Sequence record: PQ464595.1
Reading direction: 5' to 3' (one strand)
DNA length: 64,000 bases
This document shows positions 56,469 to 64,000 of the stretch, in pieces; the first letter of the stretch is position 1; every line of letters begins with the position of its first letter. The notes below the pieces were generated by a model. That model saw only the letters and a list, made by a program, of their open reading frames with translations, was not told the origin of the DNA and made no database searches. Position numbers and translations under genes: made by a program.

Positions 56469-57326
56469 ATGGCAGTTTTTTCTAATTTAGAAGGAACCAT
56501 GAAGAGATCGTTTATCCTTGGTAAAAATGGTGCGAAACTATCATTCGATAGTGGAGTACTAGTTGTTCGCAACTATCAAGATACGGCTCTCATTCCAATT
56601 AGTGCGGCAGACCCGACTTCCGGTACTCACCTTGTAACTTTACAGTACTTGAACACTCATGGTGGTTCAGGTAATACTCTGCGTGGTACGGTAGATCCAG
56701 ATCCAAGCTTAGGTATTGACGGTGATGTATACTACAAAGTTGATGATACCAGCATTCTACAAATTTATATTAAAGATTTAGGAATCTGGAAACCTTTTAG
56801 TTCAGCCCCAGCACAAGATTCAGATTATGTTTCTACAACAGTAGCAGCACCTTCTGATTTCCAACAAGTAGGTTCTAATTACGTATATACCTTATCAGCG
56901 TCAGCACATGGTCGTGGTTCAGACATTATTGTACAACTTCAAGGTTCTACTGGTGATGTTCAGGATGCGAACGTAACTGTAGATTCTTCCGGTAATATTA
57001 CAGTAACTTCAGTCACACTACCTACAGGTAACATTAACGTAGTAATTATAGGAGAAACTACTTTGTCTACACCATATAGTCGATTAATCAACAAAGCCGA
57101 TTGGACAGTATCAGGTTCAGAATTTACCTTATCTATTCCACAGGCTACACATGGTCAGGCTGCTGGGGCGATATTCCTTGCTGTTTACGAAAACAGTACT
57201 GATAGTGCTACTAGTGCTTCGCCTTATCAAATCACTGCTGTACAAACAGCAATTGATGGCTCCGGTAATATCACACTAACTGCGTCAGTACGATTCAGTG
57301 GTAAAGTGGTAATCAGCGGAAAATAA
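56469..57326 (+). CDS. Putative virion structural protein with two repeated C-terminal beta modules
   Basis: HG.G..I.V....ST...A.V.VD.SGNIT.T module occurs twice; DPDPSLG.DGD.YY motif. Confidence 0.7.
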   Translation: MAVFSNLEGTMKRSFILGKNGAKLSFDSGVLVVRNYQDTALIPISAADPTSGTHLVTLQYLNTHGGSGNTLRGTVDPDPSLGIDGDVYYKVDDTSILQIYIKDLGIWKPFSSAPAQDSDYVSTTVAAPSDFQQVGSNYVYTLSASAHGRGSDIIVQLQGSTGDVQDANVTVDSSGNITVTSVTLPTGNINVVIIGETTLSTPYSRLINKADWTVSGSEFTLSIPQATHGQAAGAIFLAVYENSTDSATSASPYQITAVQTAIDGSGNITLTASVRFSGKVVISGK

Positions 57327-57333
57327 CATTTAT

Positions 57334-57403
57334 AAAATCCAGAATCTAAGTTCTGGATTTTTTTCTTATTATGGTACTCATAAAGGTTGACCCATAATAA
57401 ATA
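57334..57403 (+). terminator. Terminator (57334-57364) followed by late-type promoter (core 57398-57403)
   Basis: AAAATCCAGAA-TCTAAG-TTCTGGATTTT; AATAAATA. Confidence 0.8.
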
Positions 57404-57462
57404 CATAAAATAATGATTTGGGATAAAGGTTTTTCCATATTCAAATCCAACGGAGGGATTAC

Positions 57463-60400
57463 ATGTATTCTATAAAAACTGATCTTGACGTATCTGGTAA
57501 TCAAACGATCCAAAAAGATCTTTTGGTTAATGGCAGTGCAGTCATTACGAATGATTTGACCGTAAGGGGTACAATCAACTTCGCTAATGCTACATTTACT
57601 CAGATTACAGTCACTGGAGCAGCGAATCTTAACAACGTAACCTCAACAGGTACAGCTACATTGAATGATGTAAACGTTTCTGGTAATACAGTACTTGGTG
57701 ATTCCGGCACTGATACTGTTACTGTAAACGGCGTTTCTACATTCAATGCTGATATCACTGCGAAAAGCAACGTATCTATTGAAGGAAATACAGTTGTTGG
57801 TGACGCAAGTTCCGACACTCTAACAGTTAACGCAACTAGCACATTTGTAGCACCAGCTACTTTTAATGGCGATGTTACCATTGGTGACACTGCTACTGAC
57901 GCTTTGACTGTAAATTCTACAACGAATTTAAAAAATAACGTAACTATCGGTGAAGACGCGACGGACGTTCTAACTGTTAATAGTACCTCTAACTTTGCTA
58001 ACAATGTTACTCTTGGTTCTGATGGAACAGATTCACTAACCGTGAACGCTGCTACCAATATTAAGAACAACATGACTATCGGTGAAGACACTACTGATAC
58101 TCTAACAATCAACAGTACTACAACTATTGCTGGTCCGCTAACTGCTGATGACCTAAGCGTAGGTGGTGATCTAACTGTTACTGGTGGAACTACCCTAGAA
58201 TCACTAACCGTTAACGGTGTAACCAATCTTAACAGCGATTTGATTTTAGCATCTGGCACAACTGCTACTTTTGATGACGTAGTAATTAATGGTGCTCTAA
58301 GTGGTTCTTTCACTCTTGCTAATGGTAGTTTTCAAACTCTAAATGTTAGCGGTGCTTCAACCCTTAATAGTATCACTGCGTCTGGTAACAGTTCACTAAC
58401 CAACGTAACTGTTAGTGGTAACGTAACTGGTACAAATAGTCAAGCTACATTCAACATTTATAATGTTGCTGGTAGTACTGGTATTCTTCAATTTAGTTAT
58501 AATGATCCAGCACGTACAAATGATATTAAATCTTCAGTTGAACCATATCAAGTGAGTTCACATGAATTCCGAGGCCAATTGGCAGATATTGATCGTATTA
58601 CTGTTGGTGATGTAACATTCAATGACGCAGGTCTAACTGCGGCAGGTATCGCAAAAATTGATTATCTTGATATTGTAGGTAACTCTACTACTGGTACTGG
58701 TCGTCCTCAACTAACTGTTGCTGGAAAAACACTTCTTAAAGATTTAGAAGTAACTGGTACTGTGTCTGGTATTACATTTGATTTAACTGGTCAAGATATT
58801 AATGTTAATTCATTAACTGCTACTGCTGGTTTGTCTGGTGCTACACTTTCTACCTCTGGTAACGCAACTGTTGGTGGTTCACTAACTGTAACTGGCGATG
58901 CTTCACTTGGTGGTTCTACTGGTACTACAACAATCCATAACTTAAATGTAACTGGTACTACTACTGGTGTAACTGTAGCTGCTAACGTTGATGGATTAAA
59001 CATTGCTCCAGCAACAGTATCTTCAACTGGTGATATTTCTGTTGGTGGTGATCTAGCGGTAACTGGTAATGTAACTGGTACATTAAAAACAACAAACGTA
59101 ACTACATCTGGTACTCTAGGCGTAACTGGAGCTACAACACTAGCTGGACTAACAGCGAGTACTACCACCCTTGGTGCTACAACAGTAAGTTCTTTGAACG
59201 ATACAGGTAACGCAACAATTAGTGGAACTTTAGGTGTAACTGGTATTGCTACATTTGGAAATGACGTAACCGTTAACGGTCAAACCGTAACTGTTAAAGA
59301 CCTAGTAGTAACTGGTAATACAACTGGCGTAACTGCTGTTGCTAACGTTGATGGTCTTGATATTGCTCCTAAGTCAGTAGACGTAACTACAACATTAGAT
59401 GTAACTGGTGCTACAACATTAGCAGATCTAACTGCTGGTGCGACAACAGTAAGTTCACTAACTAGTTCTGGTAATGCTCAAGCAGCATCTGGTACTATTA
59501 CTGGTGCTCTAACTGCTGGTTCATTAGTAACTGGTACTATTGGAAACAGTACTAATCCTGTTAACTTCACATCTAATGTGACTATGGCACAAAACCTAAC
59601 AGTAACTGGTACTCTATCTGCTGATGGTATTGATTTAAGCGGAACTACTATTGCGGCGACAGGTCTAAACACTACTGGTGATGTAAATGTTGGTGGTAAC
59701 TTAACTGTTACTGGAACATTCAATCTAAGTGGTTCTGATGTTACTGTTAATTCACTAACAAGTACTGATATTATTACCGTAAATGATACAACTAATCCTT
59801 CAGTTCTTCCTCGTGTAAGCAGTACTGCTATTACTACTGGCACACTAACTGCTACTGGTGCTTCTACATTTGCTGCGGTATCTGCTACTAATGTAACTGC
59901 TTCAGGTACTCTAGATGTTACTGGTGCTACTACATTAACAAGCGTTACTGCAGGTGCTACAACCGTAAGTTCATTAACTTCAACTGGTACTTCTACATTT
60001 AATGGTAATATTACTTCAGCTAATACAACTGTAGAAATTGCTAAATCAACAGAAATTACTGGTGATCTATCAGTAAGTGGTACAATTACCCCAGGTGATC
60101 TAGATTTAAGTACTACTGATGTTACTGTACAATCATTAATTTCAAGTGGTAACGCTACTATTAATGGTAGTTTAACAGTTGGTGGTACATTTGACCTTTC
60201 CAGTACAAATATTAGTGCGGCTTCTTTAGCTTCTGCTAGTACTGTTACTGTTGGTACAGATTTAGTACTAACTACTGGTGTAATTACTGGTGCTCCACAA
60301 ATTTCTGGAAACACTACTATTAGTGGTACTCTAGGTGTAACTGGTGCTACAACACTAGCTGGTGTTACTGCTACAAGTCTAACAGTTCCGACTATTAATG

Positions 60401-61881
60401 GCAACACTACTTTTGCTAACAATGTAACTGTATCTGGAACCTTTACTCCTGCTGGTGGTTTAGTCCTAAGCGGTGCTGATATTTCAGCTAATAGTATTGC
60501 TCTTGCTGCTGGTGCTACCGTTGGTACAACACTAGGTGTAACTGGTAATACAACTGTTGGTGGTACTCTAGGTGTTACAGGATTAACAACCTTAGCTGGT
60601 GTTAACTCAGGAAACCATGCTATTACTGGTACTCTATCAGTTTCTGGTGCTTCAACACTAGCTGCGGTATCTGCTACTAACGTAACTGCTTCTGGTACTC
60701 TAGGCGTAACTGGTAATACAACTGTTGGTGGTACTCTAACTGTTTCTGGTACTGGTGTTTCAACAATTCCAAATCTACAAGTCGGTACAGGTACTGCTGA
60801 TCCAGCTTACATTGTAAACGTATTTGGTAATTCAGTACTAAATGGTAACTTAGATGTTACTGGTACAATCAACGCACAAATTAACTTAACTGGTCGTGAC
60901 ATTGCTCCACGTAAAGTTACTGCTTCGACTGACATTGAAGCTGCTGGTTCAATTACTGCTGGTACTTCAATTACTGCTGCTACAGCAATCATTGGTGCAT
61001 CTGGTAATACTAATAACAACCTACAAGTTAATGGTAATGCTACTTATACTGGTAACTTAACAGTTGGTGGAGTAATTATTGGTACATTTGATCAAACAAC
61101 ATCAGATGTAACTATGAAATCACTAACTACTACACAAAGTGCAAGTATAGGTACAACATTAGGTGTTACTGGAGCTACAACTCTAACTACACTAAGTACT
61201 TCTGGTGCGGCAACACTTGCTTCTGCTAGTGTTACTGGTGCTCTAACTGTTGGTACAACACTAGGTGTTACTGGAACTTCTACACTAGGGGTGTTGAATG
61301 CTGGGAATACGGCAATCACGGGTACTCTAAGTACTTCAGGATTAGCAACTCTTGCTTCTGGCTCTGTAACTGGTGCTCTAACTGTTGCTGGTACTGCTAC
61401 CTTTAATGGTAACACTGTAATTGGTGATGCTGGAACTGACACTCTGACTGTTAACGCAGCTAGTACATTTGTTGGTGATGTAACCGTAGCCAACCTAGAT
61501 GTAACCGGAAATCTAACATATGACTTGTCAAATGTTGTTACCGAATCTGTTACAACTGGTACTTACTATGTTAAACAACATGCTGCTGAAACTGTTAGTA
61601 CCTCAACATGGACTCCAGATGGTACTAGTAATGTTTACAATATTACTGCGACTAATGATACTGTTATTCAAGGAATCACAGGAGCAACAACTAAAGGTGC
61701 AGGTTCATGGTTTATATATGTAACCCAAGATTCCACAGGTCACAACGTAACATTTGACCCAGCCATTTATAAAACCATCGGTGGTTCTGTAAGTACTACC
61801 GCAAACAGTGTTAGTATTTGTCAAGTAGTTTATTGTGGTATTGGTTCAATTTTTGATGTGTTCATCGCACAACGTCCATAA
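57463..61881 (+). CDS. Long T/G/V/S-rich repeat fibre protein (beta-helix-like)
   Basis: Reiterated G.TLGVTG.TT and G.V.IGD...D.LTVN motifs; followed by chaperone-like genes. Confidence 0.75.
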   Translation: MYSIKTDLDVSGNQTIQKDLLVNGSAVITNDLTVRGTINFANATFTQITVTGAANLNNVTSTGTATLNDVNVSGNTVLGDSGTDTVTVNGVSTFNADITAKSNVSIEGNTVVGDASSDTLTVNATSTFVAPATFNGDVTIGDTATDALTVNSTTNLKNNVTIGEDATDVLTVNSTSNFANNVTLGSDGTDSLTVNAATNIKNNMTIGEDTTDTLTINSTTTIAGPLTADDLSVGGDLTVTGGTTLESLTVNGVTNLNSDLILASGTTATFDDVVINGALSGSFTLANGSFQTLNVSGASTLNSITASGNSSLTNVTVSGNVTGTNSQATFNIYNVAGSTGILQFSYNDPARTNDIKSSVEPYQVSSHEFRGQLADIDRITVGDVTFNDAGLTAAGIAKIDYLDIVGNSTTGTGRPQLTVAGKTLLKDLEVTGTVSGITFDLTGQDINVNSLTATAGLSGATLSTSGNATVGGSLTVTGDASLGGSTGTTTIHNLNVTGTTTGVTVAANVDGLNIAPATVSSTGDISVGGDLAVTGNVTGTLKTTNVTTSGTLGVTGATTLAGLTASTTTLGATTVSSLNDTGNATISGTLGVTGIATFGNDVTVNGQTVTVKDLVVTGNTTGVTAVANVDGLDIAPKSVDVTTTLDVTGATTLADLTAGATTVSSLTSSGNAQAASGTITGALTAGSLVTGTIGNSTNPVNFTSNVTMAQNLTVTGTLSADGIDLSGTTIAATGLNTTGDVNVGGNLTVTGTFNLSGSDVTVNSLTSTDIITVNDTTNPSVLPRVSSTAITTGTLTATGASTFAAVSATNVTASGTLDVTGATTLTSVTAGATTVSSLTSTGTSTFNGNITSANTTVEIAKSTEITGDLSVSGTITPGDLDLSTTDVTVQSLISSGNATINGSLTVGGTFDLSSTNISAASLASASTVTVGTDLVLTTGVITGAPQISGNTTISGTLGVTGATTLAGVTATSLTVPTINGNTTFANNVTVSGTFTPAGGLVLSGADISANSIALAAGATVGTTLGVTGNTTVGGTLGVTGLTTLAGVNSGNHAITGTLSVSGASTLAAVSATNVTASGTLGVTGNTTVGGTLTVSGTGVSTIPNLQVGTGTADPAYIVNVFGNSVLNGNLDVTGTINAQINLTGRDIAPRKVTASTDIEAAGSITAGTSITAATAIIGASGNTNNNLQVNGNATYTGNLTVGGVIIGTFDQTTSDVTMKSLTTTQSASIGTTLGVTGATTLTTLSTSGAATLASASVTGALTVGTTLGVTGTSTLGVLNAGNTAITGTLSTSGLATLASGSVTGALTVAGTATFNGNTVIGDAGTDTLTVNAASTFVGDVTVANLDVTGNLTYDLSNVVTESVTTGTYYVKQHAAETVSTSTWTPDGTSNVYNITATNDTVIQGITGATTKGAGSWFIYVTQDSTGHNVTFDPAIYKTIGGSVSTTANSVSICQVVYCGIGSIFDVFIAQRP

Positions 61882-61893
61882 TGGAGATAATAT

Positions 61894-62532
61894 ATGATTT
61901 TCGTATCAGTAATTAAAGATGAAAATGACAATTGGAAAATTGTCAAAGTTCTAAGCTCACCGCTAAATGCGGTGGGTAACAAAACCGGTGCAATCTGGCC
62001 TGATATTTCTAAATTAAGTTTAGAAAAACGATTAGATGAAGGTTTTTGGACACAGAATGATGTGTATGAAAATACTGGTGAATTCAAGCAATTCAAAGAA
62101 AAAACTACCACATTTGATGAAGTTAATGGTGTAGTTACTAATACCTACATATATGAATTGATGGATTTAGAAGTAATTAAGACTGATTTAAAAGGTCGTG
62201 TTGATTCTAAACGAGACAATGTATATTTCGGTGGTTTTGAATTCAATGGTAAAACATTCTTTTCAGGTCTAAGCAATCGCAGTAATATTCAACTTATGCT
62301 ACTATCATCTCTAGTAGATGAAGCAAATTTCCCATCAGATTTAGTATGGGATACAGTTGATGGTGAAAGAATCCCAATGGATTTAGCAACCTTCAAACAA
62401 TTTGCTCAAGCACTTGTTGATTTTACTAGAACAATATTCATTAAAACACGTGCTATCAAAGATGCTATCGAAGCTGCTACAGATTACGATTCAATTCGTG
62501 CTGCGGCATCGTGGGATGGTGAAGCTCTATAA
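61894..62532 (+). CDS. DUF4376-like tail fibre assembly protein
   Basis: K.DLK.RVD.KRD...FGGFEFNG.....W.T.DG..I.M......FA.A......F...R.IK.AI. Confidence 0.75.
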   Translation: MIFVSVIKDENDNWKIVKVLSSPLNAVGNKTGAIWPDISKLSLEKRLDEGFWTQNDVYENTGEFKQFKEKTTTFDEVNGVVTNTYIYELMDLEVIKTDLKGRVDSKRDNVYFGGFEFNGKTFFSGLSNRSNIQLMLLSSLVDEANFPSDLVWDTVDGERIPMDLATFKQFAQALVDFTRTIFIKTRAIKDAIEAATDYDSIRAAASWDGEAL

Positions 62533-62536
62533 TATT

Positions 62537-62582
62537 AAAAGCCAGGAAACACCTGGCTTTTTTATTTGTTTTTCGATAAATA
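62537..62582 (+). terminator. Terminator (62537-62563) followed by late-type promoter (core 62577-62582)
   Basis: AAAAGCCAGG-AAACA-CCTGGCTTTT; GATAAATA. Confidence 0.8.
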
Positions 62583-62614
62583 TGTTACTTAAGCAATTTT
62601 AATAAGGAAAATAT

Positions 62615-63367
62615 ATGGCTTCATATGTATTAGTTCAAAAAATCAATGATAATTATACTGTTATAAAATTTCTCCCAATCGGTGAATATCTTACTGCTCC
62701 AAATTCAGGTTATCCAAATATGCGAGTATTGTATGGTGATAAAAATTATCCAGGAGATAATGTTTATGCTGACACTATGGAAACATATGTCTTGAATAGA
62801 ACATCTGCTGGCTTTTGGTTTATGGATTATGTTGAAAGTGGATTGCAAAATATAAATGGTGAAAATCTTGAATTTAGAACGTATTCTCATTCTGAAGATG
62901 AGTTTTTTGAAACTGGAAAATTTAAAAAATTAACAGTAATAAGAACAAATTACAATGTTGACCAAGATTTGGATAGTGTAAAAGAGCAGTTAAAAAATTC
63001 CACATTGTGGAAGAAAGATGAAAAGATCAATGTTCCATACACATTTAAATCTAAAGATAATAAAATTACTTTAGAATTTAATATGAGTAATGACGCTCGT
63101 TATAATATTCGTGATGCATATTATCTACAACAAGATATGAAAACTGCCGATATTTCATTTTTCATAGATAATACTCCAATTCGCTTACCTAAAAAATACA
63201 TCAAAGAGTTATTCATTGAAGTTAACGAATTTGTATACAATATTTTAGTAGAGTACCAACGACAAATTTTGAATATTGAGTCTTCAGACAATATATATGA
63301 TGCTCAAGTGAGTGCTGCTTGGGTATATGAAGGTTTTGAAATACCAGAACGCACTATTGCTAACTGA
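62615..63367 (+). CDS. Divergent DUF4376-like protein
   Basis: Same layout as 61894..62532 (ends in a W-x motif); more AT-rich. Confidence 0.55.
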   Translation: MASYVLVQKINDNYTVIKFLPIGEYLTAPNSGYPNMRVLYGDKNYPGDNVYADTMETYVLNRTSAGFWFMDYVESGLQNINGENLEFRTYSHSEDEFFETGKFKKLTVIRTNYNVDQDLDSVKEQLKNSTLWKKDEKINVPYTFKSKDNKITLEFNMSNDARYNIRDAYYLQQDMKTADISFFIDNTPIRLPKKYIKELFIEVNEFVYNILVEYQRQILNIESSDNIYDAQVSAAWVYEGFEIPERTIAN

Positions 63368-63374
63368 TTAATTT

Positions 63375-63422
63375 AAGGCTGACTTATGTTGGCCTTTTGT
63401 TTTTTGTACCCCATAATAAATA
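63375..63422 (+). terminator. Terminator (63375-63398) followed by late-type promoter (core 63417-63422)
   Basis: AAGGCTGAC-TTAT-GTTGGCCTT-TT; AATAAATA. Confidence 0.7.
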
Positions 63423-63453
63423 CAGGATACAACCATTATCTGAGGAATTTTTA

Positions 63454-64000
63454 ATGAGTGCATATACTATAAAAGGTGCTGAAGGTGTTGTGATAAACAG
63501 TACTTACTTTTTAGAACTACCAAAAGCTCCTACAAAACAAACAACCTACGCTGAACGTGCAGGTATGATTCGTTATAACTCAGAATGGAAAGCATTTGAA
63601 GGTGTAATTGAATTCACAGATGGTTCTCTGAACTATCGTCGTTTCGCTCAACTTGACGAAAACGGTCAACTACAAACTTCCCAATTACCAGATTCCATAA
63701 CAAGTGGTATGCAATGGATTGGTACTTATGCTCCTATTTCTGATGATATTGATCCACCTGTTGACTCTGCGTATACAAAACTTCCCGCTCCAAGTTCTAC
63801 CAATTCTGGTCAGTACTACATTGTTCGTGGGATTTATGACGCTGCTGTAACCCACTTTAGAGCGAATAACCCAACTACTGCTACAGTAACATTCACTCCT
63901 ACAAACCCAAGTTCAGCAGGAAACTGGATTCAAATCAAATATTATATTGATACTGACCCAACAAATACTGCTAATAGAATAGTAGTTGCTGCTTTTGCTC
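63454..64000 (+). CDS. Putative virion/fibre protein, 5' part; runs off window end; missing from ORF track
   Basis: SD GAGGA; hand translation MSAYTIKGAEGVVINSTYFLELPKAP...AGMIRYNSEWKAFEG... stays open to the window edge. Confidence 0.75.
   Translation, partial: MSAYTIKGAEGVVINSTYFLELPKAPTKQTTYAERAGMIRYNSEWKAFEGVIEFTDGSLNYRRFAQLDENGQLQTSQLPDSITSGMQWIGTYAPISDDIDPPVDSAYTKLPAPSSTNSGQYYIVRGIYDAAVTHFRANNPTTATVTFTPTNPSSAGNWIQIKYYIDTDPTNTANRIVVAAFA

Noticed and set aside
57463-61881. CRISPR-like array or DGR template/variable repeats in the fibre repeats
   Set aside because: The repeats are degenerate in-frame protein repeats with no unique spacers or adenine-specific differences, and there is no RT or cas gene in the window.

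Overview
This 64-kb window comes from an AT-rich, T4-like jumbo myovirus. Gene content and order resemble the RaK2/GAP32/PBECO4/BF group of enterobacterial jumbo phages (inference). It holds the head module (portal, protease, scaffold, major capsid), the baseplate/neck/tail module (gp26, 51, 53, 27-like, 5, 25, 6, 7, 14, 15, tape measure, fibres), and replication and expression genes (RNase H, clamp, B-family polymerase, DsbA, gp46/47, gp55, EndoVII). It also encodes GroES, ClpA, a Nudix hydrolase and a phosphoesterase. Two promoter classes can be read directly: TAAATA before about 22 structural units, and TGRAAC-N17-TATAAT with an extended -10, found 7 times before non-structural units. Three observations stand out. 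(1) A small gene inside the replication operon carries a 20-aa copy of a portal clip segment (18/20 identical, differences mostly synonymous), a possible decoy or mimic. (2) A 480-690 nt gene-free interval has its own promoter, strand-polarised hairpins and a terminator, making it a candidate large structured ncRNA. (3) The palindrome AGTACT is strongly over-represented regardless of reading frame. No CRISPR array, tRNA, rRNA, intron or IS element was recognised. Family assignments come from motif recognition, not database searches.
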